Shown one piece after another: positions 1-16,102 of a stretch of DNA of 64,000 nt. Below the pieces are notes generated by a model. It ran no database searches, was not told the origin of the DNA, and saw only the letters and a program-made list of their open reading frames with translations. Each line of letters opens with the position of its first letter. Position 1 is the stretch's first letter. This stretch comes from Antedon mediterranea. Taxonomy: Eukaryota; Animalia; Echinodermata. Where the stretch lies: the NCBI RefSeq assembly GCF_964355755.1, contig NC_092680.1:620001-684000 (forward strand), read 5' to 3'. Made by a program: the position numbers and the translations under genes.

Positions 1-1796
1 GAAGAAAAGATCATCGTACATCAAATCCTACAGCTAAAAACTAGTTATAATTCTCTTCTCATCCATTAAACAATTAAAATATCATTCTAATAATTCATTT
101 TCCATTGAGTTTTTACTTTTATAAACTTTTAGTTGCTAAAACCAAATTTCACTTCTTGAGGCTGCGTTTTCAAATATTGTATTGTATACTTTATGTACCA
201 TATTGTTTTGTAAAACTGTGATAGGATCATGAATAAAGTCTTATTGGTTTAGAAGACTCATAATATCGTGAAAGTCAAAGTAATAAAAGATAATACTTTT
301 TCTTAAATTAAATGTAGTGAAAACATTTAAGGTTATTCTAGGAGAAGGTTGCCTACATATTTGTTTGCTAATGATCTTTTAAGAATGAATAATACAGTTT
401 ATCATATCTTATTACAACTAACTATATCATTACATCGAAACAATTATCAACGAGTAAAATAAGCTGGCTGACTAAAAACTTTGGACTCCTACGATCATCA
501 AAAGTTAGAGTTGATAGTTTCACAATATACAGAAATATATATACATAAACAGATAATTCTAAAACTCTTTGTTTTGTTTTGATTTTTAAATAATAGACCA
601 AATATATATAACAGACTTTGAGTAATCAATGTTGGAATGCAGCTGAAAATGGAGGGCAACTATCGCCCTTCGAAATGAGTGTATCATTCACAAAAGGCTG
701 ATCAGACGACAGATAGTAAATATGTAATGAATAAGCCATTGTCATTAAGAACATGCAATGCTATACATGAAACACACACGTGAGAAATGGGCCAGATTCC
801 GATAGAATCGCTGTAGAGTCATTACTCTTAGATTACCAGACGTATTACATTTTCAGGCCAGTTCGTTATTCAGGACATAAAAACTACCAAATGAAACCAT
901 TCATTTACAAAAATAAAGACGAATGCGTAACTATTGCAATGATATCATCAAGTCATCAAATCCTGGTAATAACCGTGAACTATGACATTTTATATCCAGT
1001 TATCTAGACCGTTCCTGATTTAACTGAGCCTTCTGGGATACTGTGTGCTAAAATCAAGAAGGTTTGTATATGAATAAATAACCTGGCTTTGTTTTACTGA
1101 TTTCTATTAACAAAAAAAATATTAGGTTTGATTTGATCTGTTTCATCTTTGTTCTCGAATTCAAAGATCAAGAGATCCAGAGATAGACAATGGCTGACCA
1201 TGATCAGATGATGAAAGGGATGTATATTTATGTGTCTACTTAGGTGGGACTGACTAAGGTGAGAACATTTTTAGAAAATAACTGAAGAAAACATGGAAAG
1301 AATGCAGGATATTTTATCCTTATTGCATTTCTATGTGGAGTTCATTCCCTTTATCTGTGAAGACACTAGTTGACTTATAACATTATTATTTGATGTTTAA
1401 ATTTAATAACAATATTTACAGATTTATGATCTAATATTTAAATGCTTCCTTAGAATTCTTAGAAATTAAGAAAATGAAAATGATGGGAGGTGTAAATGTC
1501 ATAACCAAAATGGAAAGAGCATACAACTTACGGTTTAATTATCAAATGATCTATTACCAGCAACAAATTTCATTAAAAAACCAACCATCCTGTTTCTACT
1601 GGCAAGAATAAGCAGAGTACAACTGTATAACACAAAACTTATTTAATTAATTAATAAGTTTGATTTATGATTCCAAAAAACAAGTCATGTTGAATCACAA
1701 TCGGACCCAAAAAAAGTAGCTTAGTACCATAGTTTTTTAAATTAAATGAAACCCAGAATTTACAACAACATTTAAACTTTTTGCACTTCAGCGAGG

Positions 1797-2136
1797 AGAG
1801 AGATAGTATTCATGTAGTAGAAAGAGAGATAGTATTCATGTAGTAGAAAGAGAGATAGTATTCATGTAGTAGAAAGAGAGATAGTATTCATGTAGTAGAA
1901 AGAGAGATAGTATTCATGTAGTAGAAAGAGAGATAGTATTCATGTAGTAGAAAGAGAGATAGTATTCATGTAGTAGAAAGAGAGATAGTATTCATGTAGT
2001 AGAAAGAGAGATAGTATTCATGTAGTAGAAAGAGAGATAGTATTCATGTAGTAGAAAGAGAGATAGTATTCATGTAGTAGAAAGAGAGATAGTATTCATG
2101 TAGTAGAAAGAGAGATATAGTATTCATGTAGTAGAA
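1797..2136. repeat. 26-bp minisatellite, about 13 near-identical copies
   Basis: (AGAGATAGTATTCATGTAGTAGAAAG)n read directly. Confidence 0.97.
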
Positions 2137-3543
2137 ACTTTCAATATTTCAGCGAACATGGTCCGGATTATAGCATGAACTGAAACAGTGAGTCATATTG
2201 GTAACTTAATAGACACGGTTTATCACCATTGTCATAAAACATGAAAGAAAGAAAGTACGGGCAACAAAATAACTGTGTGTTGTAGCAATACATTAACTTT
2301 GTTAGTTTGAAAGATGTCAGAGAGATTGAAAAATGATGCAAGTTGTTGTTTTACCTGTCTGGTAGTTACAAGAGAATAGCTGTATGTTGTATAATAAACC
2401 ATAAGAAACAAAGATATATTTACAATTACTGCTGAAAACATATGATGTAGAGAATTAGGAAAAAGTCATCTGGTGGTAAGTTTTCAAATTGGATTGATAA
2501 ACTAGTTGTTGCCAAATGTTTAATTGTCGTAATTGTTAAGAAGAATTAAACAAGAAAACAACCCCTGTGGTTGGCAACCTCCCACGGCACCAGTACTTAT
2601 TACCACTCCCCCCTGTGGTTGGCAACCTCCCACGGCACCAGTACTTATTACCACTCCTTTTAATGCAAGTACCCTACATTATCTTGTTACTTAAACGCAG
2701 ACATCTTTCCTACTACTCTAAAACAACTATTAAGAAAATTGTAATCATTGTAAAATTAATTATTTATTTTCTTTTTATTTCCAGGTAAACGAATGTATTT
2801 GGTTAAGTTATTGTTGTAGCACAGGGTACTGATAAGACAGTGGCCACCTGGCTTGGTGTCTCCTTGGGAACCATGTCACACCTAATTTGAATAAACACTT
2901 GCTGTGTTATGTTGTTGAAACACGTCCTTGGGATCAACATTCATTTATGTTGGATACATTGAATTGTTTGCACTAAATTGCACCCTGGGAGAAGTCGGAG
3001 TCTTCGAGGATGTCTTTGAGTAATGACAACAATTGTGTTCTCGAAGATGTCTACGATAAAAACTTTAATATTGACATCATTGTTCAATAATTGATGGCCT
3101 GTGTGTAAAAGCAACCTTTGAAAATAAAACATCTTTAAGTGAGAAAAAAAAAATAACTTGTATTCCAACTTAGTTTTTAAACCCAAATTATGGGGCTAAG
3201 TTGTTAAGATAGGGGTGCCGCAAACCACAAATTATGGGGCTAAGTTGTTAAGATAGAGGGTGCCGCAAACCACAACCCTAACATTGGCACAATCTCATGT
3301 CCATCATATTGTATGCAATGGTTCTAGTGGTAGAAAAAAAGTCTCTTTCAATAATGACGTACATCTAAAAGGTCTACTTTGCACCTAAAAGGTGCATCTT
3401 GCATCTTTCAGAAAACAAGTAGGGAGGAATCCTGGTATTCTGGTCCATTCAGTCCCTACCAGTTCAATTCCAAAACCACAAGAGTAGCCCTAAGGTATGT
3501 CACGATGGGATTAAAGAGGATTACCGGTACTGTATATAACCGA

Positions 3544-3639
3544 GTATAATCCAATGCTAAAGTATAATCCTATGCTAAAGTATAATCCTATGCTAAAGTA
3601 TAATCCTATGCTAAAGTATAATCCTATACTAAAGTATAA
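3544..3639. repeat. 18-bp tandem repeat, about 5 copies
   Basis: (GTATAATCCTATGCTAAA)n. Confidence 0.9.
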
Positions 3640-6600
3640 CAACTCCTTAATTTTTGACTAAAATTGGACACCAGACTTTGGTAATCCATTTTTAATAATA
3701 ATTGTTAATACTTCGGACTATACTTAGTAATATACAGTAACATTACATACCCTTCCTAGTTTTGAACAATGCTTCATAAATTGCCTTCTTTGATTAAAAT
3801 AAACTATATTTAGATTCATATAAGAGCCAATTAAAAACCATATCCCAATCAACACAGAAATTTGTTCATAGGTAATATCCTACATATTTACAAACAATCA
3901 AGATTTCACAGTAAAGTACCAAGAACCGCAGGTATCCTCACAGGTCAAAAAGTTAGTTTAAATACGCCCTAAGGATAAAAACTACACAAAATTAGCCTTT
4001 GCACTATGGGTATTCTAATCAATGGGAGATTTTTATCAGCAAAAAAAAAATAAATAAAAAAATGTAATTCTTCTTACTAAAGTATACAGAGAAAGTATAC
4101 ATAACAATTAGACTACGGGTGATCTTTATCATAGATCATCTAGTCTACTTGTACTATAAAAAGTATCAACGGATATTTCATTGACTGAATGAAGAAAAAT
4201 GCTGAAGAAGAGAGAAATGCATTGATACTAAAATAAAAGTATGTGTTTAAGACATGTTTTCTTAATTAAAAAAAACATATGAGGAAAAGATATGTTGATC
4301 AGTTTTTTACTTGTTTTTTTTTTGTTTCTTACATTTTAACTTAAAAAATTATTTGTTTCACATTTAAAACAAATGCTTTTTAAAATTGTTTTCACATATG
4401 TATCAAATATACAGTATTCAGTACAATTTATGTTAGATTTTACATTCAACCTAATTACCTGATGTATGAAAATTTGTTATTAATCCTACCTGGTTGCAAT
4501 TATCAAAAATAAATTTATCATAAATAGTAAACAATCTCTATCTTTAACATTTGCAAATTATAGTAAGAATTTTCAATTAAATGTAATAAAACTTACCGAA
4601 AAGTAAATAACGAAAAGAAAGACGAAAGTTCAAATGTGGTTATAGTTCATTGTCAAGGAAAACAGAAACAAAACTTGAAATACTTGATTACAACAAACCA
4701 ACCTTAACAAAGACACAACTAATTGAATAGAGTGACCTATATTGTCAAAAGTCTATGAGAAGGGAGGAGAAAAGCCAAGGTCTTTGATTGGCAGTTCATG
4801 AATAAGCACTCCTTATGCCGCTACATCTGCCGTAGGCCAATTACGGTAGTTACCGACGACGAGGGGTTATGTTTGAAAACTGCCTAAGCAAAATATTGAA
4901 GCAGAGTAATGGATAAAGAACGGCTCAGAATAAGCGGCGAGTGTTGAATAGGTACTTGAAAAGTGAAATTTACATTGTAGTGTTGACAGCCACAGGTTTT
5001 ACTATGGTTTTCTAGCCCTTGCTTGTGTGATGATTTTTAAGTGGTCAGGATAGATTAGATTAATACACAGTTTAAGAAGCTACTGATTTGACCACACAAT
5101 GTACTGTTGACACAGTTAAAATGAATTGTATAGCTTATTAGTAGATAAGGAGTAGGATAATTGAAGGAAGAAGGTATTGCTTGGTCATAATAGTAACAAG
5201 AATAAAAGAAACCAAATACCTCATTTAGCAAAGTGAAGGGCACAAATAATAAGTACATATTTGTTGATTTTTTGATAAATGATGTAAATATAAGGATATG
5301 CCTCTAGGTGAAAGGTTAAGGAACTATATATACAGTAGATTCACAGAATAGGGAATGAACTTGTTTTGTATATTTACATTGTGTTTGTATAACTTTTGGT
5401 TTCCTCCATGGTTTTTCAATACTGAATTAACCCAACATTCCCTCCCCCTACCACACCTCCCCCCACACCCAAAATCCCTTCTCCACCTGAAACTTTTTTG
5501 TGAAATTATGAATAGGCTTATTTCATTTTCCAATGAGAATTACAATGAATTTAGATACTATCAATGCCCCTAATTAACGCACTAAGTTTAAGATATGTAG
5601 ATCAAAATGATATGATAAAACCATTACACAGGATCAAAATGGTGTAAAAGCAACGCTTTTGAAACGTAGCATCAATGAAGTTTAGCAACAGTTCACAAAG
5701 CCATGTCTAACAGCACAAAAGGTAATTATGAAAATGACAAAAGTTTGTCCTAATTCTGGTAATTAAATGATGATGCAGATAAAAGGGGAGATAATAAAGT
5801 CATCAGAAGCAAATAATAATCATAAGAATTGGTAATAGTAACGCCATTACTCTCATCTATGTGTTTGAATCAAGTGCCATTAGTAGTATGAATTTATATT
5901 TTATTTATTTGTTCTATTAGAATAAAGATTCTTTGAAAAGGCCATACTATTTCTTAGTAAGGTACCTTAAAAATAATAGTAATTTCCTCTTTATATAAGA
6001 TGAATGCATATTTTTTATATACATATACATTATCGTTTCAAATTAATTAATTAAATTTCAGTATATAACCAGGTTGTTCTGTGCCTGATGTGTTTAATAT
6101 ACATTATATGAACATACATACATATAGATAATAAATAGATTTATTTATTCTACTATATAGATTGCCAACTACTAGAAACAAGATACAGGATGGATAGGGT
6201 AGATACAGGATGGATAGGGTAGATACAGGATTTTGGAAACAGGAGCGCTAATAATAGATAGTGTACTTGGGAATCTTACCTATGTATGTAAGTATGTAAT
6301 CTTATGGTTTTAAGTGTAGGTGCTTATCCTTATAAAACATATATATTTATTTAATTACAGGTGTACATTATTATCAAAAGTTTGATAAAAAACAAATTTA
6401 ATAAAATGACTAAGGGACTATTAAAAAAATCTACTATCTGCTGTATTTTCCTAAAATAAAATATATGAAGGAAAACGTAATATGAATTGTACAATTGAAT
6501 TCAAATGATTATTTCACCTTAAATCGTTAAGATCTATTAATACTAAAAACACTATAAGCTAAATCTGCCAGAACCACTTAAGTGTAGGAGGATGGTGCAG

Positions 6601-9600
6601 AAGTGAGCATATAAGCAAAGATTCTAGGCCATTAAATGGAGTGCGTGACTATGCTAAGCCACAGGCAATAATGCCTTAATTGTCGGCCAATCCCCTACCA
6701 TCACTGTACCTCTAGAGCATTATTTAGGGGCTTAGGATCTTTTCCCGGCAGTCATGTCTGCCTTCAATCTACTAAAGCTATAAGTTATTAAGGACATATA
6801 ATTTAGAAACATATTTAAAGAATCTTTTGTTATGGTATTACATTATGACCTATTTCTTGTATGTAATTTCAATGATTTTCATACAGTAAGGTTCTGTTTC
6901 TATCGATAAACCATTATGGCACTCAATGACCAGTAATGTGTGATCAAAGTATGAATGGTCAATGCTATACAGTATATGTATTATTGTATATTTAATTATT
7001 TATTAAAACAGGAACAAATCAATATTCCATATGTTATGTATTTCATGTATATTAGGCAGAATAAAGTATTGCATTGTAAACATAACGAGCAATTTTGTTA
7101 CACGAAGTAATTTTTATTAATTATTTTAATTAATTTTAATTGAAACACTACATAAGCAATTATCAAATGCAATTAAGAATAATTAAACACATTTGTTATC
7201 TTGCAGGAATATGCTTTTTACTTTTATTATTACAAAATCCCATAAAACTGAATTTGAAAAAAAGTTTCCTTAAAACTATTAAAAAATATAATTACAAGAA
7301 AAGCAATTTATAGTTTATAAACTATAACTTGTCTTTCTTGTAATTATATTAACTATAGTTTCAGTTAAACTTCTTAGAAACAATTTCAATTTTTCATTGA
7401 AATATTCCAGGAAATTACAATTTTTCTTCTAAATCTTTAACAGGATACATATTTAGTGGTTAAAATGATTTCATCATAGGCTGTGTTAACATGTAAACTA
7501 TGAGATTGATAACACAGAAAAGGAATAGAATCAGAAATGATCAACTACTGTAGGCAACATCTAACTGATAACACTCGGCAGGGACTCCTAAAAATGACAG
7601 ACTGTTGAAAAACTAAAATATTATGAAGAACCAATTAGAGGTTCAGCGAAAGACCAAAAGGAACACCGAAGACAACATGATGGCAAACATCAAAATGTAA
7701 CTTTTTATACTGCTCAAAGACGCAGAGTGGCAAACACAAGTGACAATTAGCGTTTAAGATGATGATGAATTATATCATAACTAATATTTTTTTTAAACTG
7801 TAGTAGTTTGATAAATAACTAGATTGTTGGTAATGTCAATAGAAAAAAATTATTTCTAAAATGTTTTCGTTTTAGGATTGTTTTCAAGTTGATATCTCTC
7901 AACAGATGAGAGCTCATTGGTGACTCTTTTTGAGCTGTGATTATTGACTGTCTAGATCTTATTTTATATGTTTATGGTTTAATAACATATTGCAAAAATT
8001 TAAAAAGAAAAGCACTATTAATATGTCACCACACACTGAATAATAATGTAGAGTAAACACTGTTATTATACTGATGGTTTATTGTAAATAACATGAAAAA
8101 TGTGAATGTAATAGCTATTATTTTTATGCTTTGTAAAGTGTGTACTAAAATGTTTGATAAAGTAAAGATGTAATAAACAACACGTAGAACATATCGATGT
8201 GTTCATTCATACTAATTACTGTTATCTGTATGATATAGATACTATACCAAACTATCGCAATATCATCTACTTTTATTGTCAATTTCATATGAAAATTAAG
8301 TAGACAAACGCAATGAAGAGAAGTTTATTTTTCTGTGAATATCCGTCTCCGAGTGAAATCAGATTCGCCGCTCCATGACAATTGGTTTTATGATCAAATT
8401 GTTTGTGTAGTGAGAATTTCTTCAATAGATGTATTGTTCCCTTAGTGAACATTTAGTTGCAAATGCTTGTAGTAAAAATGTAGCAATAATGTTCTAGTCA
8501 CTCTACTAAACATTTTTACATAATTATGCATGTTATGGCTATAACATTATAACACCATCTCCTATTCTGCTTATAGATGATTTCATTAGTTTTCAACATC
8601 AATATTGTGCCGATGAAAAATCAATCAAATATGTTTTATGAAGAATTTAGGTCAAACACTGAGTATGATGGGATACATTAATGCAAGTGGGTTAAACACC
8701 AAGCTGTTTATAAAATGTTCATGTTTTTATTGCAAATGATAATAATGTTCTGACTAATTAATACTTTTAAACTTTTTTATTTACTGTTTTTATAATTTTT
8801 TAGGTTATCAACCATGTACAAGCTTTTAAAATATTTTTTTTTCTTTTTAATGACATTTCTCTATGATGAATAAATTAATGAAATGAAATGTACTGCCTAT
8901 TGGTAATGAACATCTTTAAAGACTTTAAACGATAATAATGTTGTGACTAATTAATATACTGAATATTGGTCATGAAATACTACATTTGTTTTTCTAAGAC
9001 AAGTTCTATACTAAAGTTTGACGTGACTATTGCTGAGTAATGTGCCTTTACATTCAACCACTACATATCAAACAGGGTCTGTTTCCAATTGAAAACTCTA
9101 CAGAAAAGTGTTCTTTGAAATCGGATTTGGTAGTTGTTTATTTATTAACAAAGTTGCAGCCTAATTTTACTTAAAATAAACAAATTTTCGCATTTGGTTG
9201 TCGTTTGTGGTTGGTTGTGTATGATGTCATTATCCACATAGATGGTTCACGCCATTAAGTGACCTGCGACGAGGTTAAATTGAGACCATGGTTGCATTTT
9301 TAAATCAGGTTTGATGACTGAGACTAGAATCAATAAAGTGATTTTAAAGTTTTGATTGAATGCTTTATGGTATTTAAGATGGTTTTTGCATAAACTTTCA
9401 TCAGACCATGGAGGTACCAGACCCAGAACATAGACATTTTGTTCCAAAGTGAATTGAAAATTGTCTTTTAATTTAATTTATTTATCTCAATACAAACAAT
9501 AAAATACATGAGTACAATAAATAACAGATAATATCATCAGATAGGAAACAGAAAAAGAGAATATCTGTTGACTGATAATTTAGAACATAAAAAAGATACA

Positions 9601-11954
9601 TTAAAAATGAAAACAAAAATGTTTATCCTAATGATATATAAAACAATGTATGCTGAAAGGTTAAAGATTGCGAGGCACGTACAACCACTGTTAGCACAGA
9701 TAATAAGAGGCCTACAGAAAGCTTAAGATTTATCAATACCACGATACATGTAAAAGTGATATGATGTACAATGGTTATTACTTGTTTGTTATTATAGCAG
9801 TATTTAGTTGTAAGTGTTTGTACTGTTATCAAACACATTAAGATGAAATTGAGACAAGGATTTTAACCATTGTCTCATCATCCAGTAAGTTATCAAGGTG
9901 CCGAAACCATTTGATCATTTCAATTAAACTCTCGTCAGCCTTATCTTACGTTGCTCAAACCAAATTCACACAAATGCGATGAATCTAAGATTTTGAATTT
10001 CTCAGGTAGTACTAATTCAATACGTGCCAGCTGATACTCGTCGTGAATTCATCGTGCTAATAACTGGTCATACGATAGACGTACAGGTTTTGTAGTCAAC
10101 GTGATCCTTCTAATAATATTACATTCGATCTCTGACACACTTGAACATCTTGGCCCCGTTTTAAGAAATCAATTGGCGGATTTGCGGGAATCACACAGGG
10201 AAACGTCTCGCGTTAACTATACAACAGTGAAACAAAAGCGTCACAAAGATTAACTTAATACTTTGATGTACCAGCATTGATATGGTTACTCAGATACAAA
10301 AATAAAGGCTTGTTATATTACCACAAAGTTTGTTTATTAGAAAAAGTTGAACATTATTTTGTGATGTCATGTGTACAATTTCTAACCTATATACAATTTG
10401 TTGTGTCAGTTTGTCTGTGGGTCCTACAAGTGTGGTTTAATCATATAAGAGTTATATAGGGTTAAAGATTGGTTCCCACTTGGATGCAACCAGGTAAGCA
10501 CAACGAGAATAAGTTGCTCAATTACAAATGACAGTTTATATGATCCATTGTGTTGTGATTGGTCAAATTACTTCTGACAAACTTACGTACATTACGAAGA
10601 GACCCCACTGACCTGCTCTACTGTGTGATTCAACACTTTAAGCTAATTATAACATAAGGGACAGTAGCTCTTAATTATGTAAATACACAGGTGAAAGTTT
10701 TTGTTTGAATACATTATCTAAATTTACATAAAAGCTCATTTGGTACCCGGTGGCACATATGGATATTGATTGTCATTTTTCTAATCAAACAATGATAAAT
10801 TATAATTTACCTTGCAAAAATTGTACATTTATCTTTAAGTGGTATTATGTAATAATAAACATTTTAGGCTATACATAGAAATAACCAAATTTATACAGAA
10901 TAAACAATTATGAATTAATGTTATGTTGCAAAGCTATACAACATTAAATCACCTTTCATATAGTGGAAGGCTCCAATAATTTTTTTTTTTCAGTTTCGTA
11001 ACATCAATTAGTTCAGCTAAGAACATCGACCTGGTCTGACCTTTAGCGAATGCATGCACTTTGAGTGAAGCAAGCAAGCCTTTTGTTCAGCACTTTGCTT
11101 TACAAATTTCACAAACAAAGTGTACGACCTTTAATATAGGTAGATAGAGCCAGTAATCAATGTTAGTAAATACAACACTGCTGCACGGCAAAAATGTTCA
11201 GTCGTCGTCAAAATAAAGCCTTACGGATAGTACTATTGACCCAGTGTTCCCATACAATAACGTCGCACACGGCCCAGTTTTAACACTCCATAACATACTA
11301 TGTTAATTCTACCATAACCGAGAATAAACACACTATTATTACCGTTATTATTCACAAAATAATGTCATACACCATTAATATTTTAATATAATAAGGCTAT
11401 TGTCTTTAACATACCATATGATTTTAATAAAAACAGGAGCACAATGCAAAACAGGTTTTCTTTTACCTGATTGTATAATCCTGTATAAAGATGTTGTTAA
11501 ATAAATAAAAACAACTTTTCTAGAGGATTATTAACGGGTCATGCATACAGAATTGAATGTAAATTGGTGACCAAAAAAGGGAGGTTTTGTTTTCATGATG
11601 CACCAAGCAACTGTGAAGTAAACAAAATTCTGGACATGATCAGAATCATGTGCACATGCACAGAATTACTATTTGACGAGACACATAGGCTACAAAACTA
11701 CTGAAATGTTCTATTTCCTACCCACATTTGTTATCAAACCTACTGAAATTATAGCAAGTTGACAACTCTGTATCGCCCACAATGTTTGCCATTGTAGTGA
11801 TTTTAGAAATTAAGTACTACTGATCTACAATAATCAATATACTAAGGAAACCTATATACTATAATGACAATCTATATTACACAGGGAATTTCCCACACAA
11901 GCCCTATAGCCAACTAATGGAGAATATCTGACATTAAGAAGTGGTCATTTTCTT

Positions 11955-12295
11955 AAGCTATTCCTACACTAACAAAATCTGATGTGTCTAAATATGATAG
12001 TGATAAGCCCCAATATGGTAGTGATATGACATCATCATGCCCATGGACACATCTCATGGTACTGTCACATAAAGTTTGACAGTGTAGACAGAGTTTAATG
12101 GGGAATATCTGACATGAGAAGTTAGTGGTCATTCTTAAGCTCTTCAAACTAGTTTGACAAATAAGGTGTGATGTGCCCAAATATGGTAGTGATATTCCCC
12201 AATATGGTAGTAATATGGCATCATCATGTCATATATGGGCACAAAACATTTTTTGTTAAAAAAAGTTTGACAGATTTTTGGAAACTTTGTAGACA
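11955..12295. mobile_element. MITE family A, two degenerate copies inside a ~185-bp tandem duplication
   Basis: CCCAATATGGTAGTGATATGACATCATCATG and AAGTTTGACAGTGTAGACAGAG motifs. Both copies are preceded by GAATATCTGACAT...AGTGGTCATT. Confidence 0.7.
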
Positions 12296-15200
12296 TTGTA
12301 TTACTTTGCAAACCTTTGAAGCAGCTATTGCTAGTACCTACCAAGCTAGTTGACTTTTCACCACAGAGACTAGATAATAGAGGGAAGTTTTATAGCATAT
12401 TGTGTTGATATAACACTTCTTAACAACAAACATCAGACACATTAAAGACAAGTTTACTATAAACTATCAACCTTTGACAAGTTCAAGTGTAAAGAGATTG
12501 ATTAGATGAATCAATTAGGTTCAAAGAAAACATTTCAAGGAACAAATTTGTCTATTAAATTGCAATTACCATAAATATTGAAGAAACACTTCAACTTTTG
12601 ACATTAAAATACAACATAGACCATTGGTATACATACTTACTGACACATTTACATTTCCTTATTATATATTGTATATTGTAAAACGAATTGTATTGGATGG
12701 GTGAGATACAGAAGTTAAATATACAGGGCGTCCACCAGTATGGTTTGTAAGAATTCAACCTGATCCTTTTTCACAGAGGCCTTGACAGCCCTGTTGCCCA
12801 GACAGAGATTGTTCCCTTTTTTTGCAATCAACACACAACTTTATTTCTCATGGCTACAGCCCTGATATAACACTACTTGCTGTTAATATGCAGCTTACAT
12901 ATAAATACCCATATTAGACTTTCTAAGAACTCAGAAAACTATTCAAAACCAAACTTTCTAAAAATTTGGAAAACTATTCTTACCTAGTGCACAAAACCAT
13001 GGAGTTATCAGTGACCAATGTTGTGTAGAGAGATCTACAACTGAGCTCTCTCCTTTTATTCTGTAACTTTCGTCTATTTCTTTAAGCAGTTTATACTTGG
13101 AGAAAAACTTATTTAAAGGTATCCGTGCAACATGAAACACTTCGAGTTTATGTAATTTGTAAAAACATTTTTTTATAATAACAAATCAACACAATCTAGC
13201 AACAAATAATTATGTTATACTTTCTAAAATATCAAAAGTGGCAAAGTATGTCGTAGGTTGGATTGCATGACCTTTCGTATCGATTTTCTTTTTTATACAT
13301 TATACCCTAATCATTACTAAAAATTGTTCAAGTCACTTAGAAAATATATAAAATTACACTATTTTCTTAAATACTACGTTTATTAAACAATTTTTTTTCC
13401 TACTAATATATTGCATTACACAAACGAAGAGTATAATCAGACAATTTAGGCAACCAAATCAAATAGTCAATTTGATTTTGTAATAAAATTCTTCAACTAA
13501 GATTTCATATTGAAACATACAATCCAGCAATAAATCAAATCAAATCAAATAAGCCGTTACAACAATAATTTAGGTTCATCAATATTCTACGGCACAAAGT
13601 AATTAAAGCTGCTTGCAAAATAATCATATAACACTTGCTTGGTAGTATCTATGTCATATTCTAGGTTTATGTACAAACTGGGCTCTTAGAGTTGTGTTTA
13701 CACGTACTACAATTAACTCCGGCCTATGGACACGCTTATCAAAATCATATCGGAGTTATATCCCCGGTAAATGCTTGTGTGGACTATTGTCCTTCATGTT
13801 GTTAACCGGACTATAACTATGATAGGTTTCACATACGATGTGAATTTAACTTTGATAGGTGTGACTTTAAGTGCGATAGGTTTCAGAATGTACCAATAGA
13901 CAAGCCCTTTGCATCGTGGGTATCATGTTTAACTGATGTTTTTTGCGTATGAACACAGAACAAGCTAAGCTAAACCGCAATGTAACTCTGATACACCGTA
14001 ATCAAACTTTAATATAGAAAATAGCATAAAAACGTTGTTTATGTATAGGTACATGAATTGAATTGAATTGTACATGTTTTATATCAACTATATAAATTAT
14101 AAATTATAGCTTAAATATCAATGTGTGTTTGTTCTTTGGAGTCAAATTCTCTTGTATTCAATAGTTACCAAACAATAGAAGTCAGAATAGAGCAAACAAA
14201 ATATCATATTGTTTCCACTATTATTATGGCAATAATGAATTATTCATTTTGATGACAAGTTAACCAAATACAATCCGATAGACAATATGCATTTTTCTGT
14301 ATAGTAACAGAAAGAAATTATTGTGTACTTCCCTGATAATTGCATCTTTTAGTACATCTTTATAAAGAGAAGGAGGCTTACCCCAATCTACTGGTCTATC
14401 TCAGCCCAACCGTTGATAGTAGACGCTGCACTATGGCTGCCTTGTATCTGTAGAAGACCCTATCTGAATATCATCTTATAAATATCATTTTAAAACCTTT
14501 CCTCTTCGTTTGTATTTAGGTTTAATTTTACAGAAGACCCTAGTCAAGAGTGTATTCATATTTTGCTTTAATAGTGTACTGTACTAGCTTTTTTTCTCAT
14601 TATTGTAGTTAAAGTTATTGTTTGGATCATATTATTTGGATATTTAATAGGCTCCTCTTCTTGATTTTGCAAGATGAATATTAATTTAATAAATGCAAAA
14701 CAAATACAATTAACATTGCATGAGACAATAATGCAAATATACATGCCTTACTATTACCATGTGAACTACCAGACATAGTGCAGAAGCAAAGGTTATTTAA
14801 ATAAAAATTAGAACAATTAATTAACAAATGTAATTCAATTTTCTATATTTTTCACTTCTTTATATTTTAACCAATTCTGCAAAATACAATACAGTAAGAA
14901 ATGTGTCAATTACAAAACTACAACAATATTTTGTTCTAAATTTAATTGCTTTTGATTTTTATTGAAATTATTTATTTTGTTGTACTGTACTTCCAATTTG
15001 CTTGTAAATTTTATGAGCAAAATATTTATAAATATTAATTGATTTCATAACAATTATTAATCCTAGTTTAATCTAAGATAAAAATATTCATCAAAAATAG
15101 CATTTTTATATTTAAAGTATGTTTTATTTTTCATATAAATGAGAATCACAAGCGCCATAAATACGCTAATAATAGTATCCACAAGAATTGTAAAGAAATT

Positions 15201-15948
15201 AAATATAAATACTATTATAAACTATTATAAATACTACTTTTGTTTTTAATATTGAAACTGACAACTATTATAAGCAGCTATATTGTTTTGTCATTTAGTT
15301 TGAGAAATTCAAATAAAACAAATCTTTTTAATTGTCACTTAAGAAAAAAACTCTGAACATTTAACAAATTAAATGCAAATTTTATATAATCGATTAATTT
15401 GTAAATTCTCTAAATTAAAACTATGAAATTTGTAAAAAATGTAGAATTTAAAAATCAGAATTTGCCCGGAGATATACTTAGATATTATGATACTGATAAC
15501 CATTACATGTATAATGTCATCTAAATCTCATGTAATGTATTTCAATTGGTGAGTTTATTATTACATTGTAAATTCCTTTTGGTCATTTTTGTGCCTGAAA
15601 ATGTTATACACTGATACATACAAATTAGAAAAGACAGCGGAAAAAAAAAAGAGTTCTGTCCATACTATCACATTTTATTCAACATGAGATAGAGTGTCAG
15701 AATCTGATGATTAGGGGGTAGGAGGGTAGGGGAGGGGGTAGGAGGGTAGGGGAGGGGGTTTATGAATGTTTCTCCTCTGCAGAAACTGGAAAGTAAAATA
15801 CGGAAAACAAAAATTCAATAAAAAACAACAATTTTAAGCTTGGGATAGCAAGTAAATAATAAATCAAATTAAATAGGAGCTCAGGAGTGAAACAATTGAG
15901 AAACAGCTTGAGATGAAAATGAACCAATAGGAGGTTAGGAAACTAGGA

Positions 15949-16102
15949 GGTAAAAGAGGACAACTAAGTGTCATGGAAAGATATGGTAAAAGAGGACAAC
16001 TAAGTGTCATGGAAAGATATGGTAAAAGAGGACAACTAAGTGTCATGGAAAGATATGGTAAAAGAGGACAACTAAGTGTCATGGAAAGATATGGTAAAAG
16101 AG
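15949..16102. repeat. 36-bp minisatellite, about 4.3 copies
   Basis: (GGTAAAAGAGGACAACTAAGTGTCATGGAAAGATAT)n. Confidence 0.95.

Noticed and set aside
7601-7750. Possible terminal coding exon (TVEKLKYYEEPIRGSAKDQKEHRRQHDGKH...)
   Set aside because: Weak acceptor, no recognisable homology and no linkable upstream exons.
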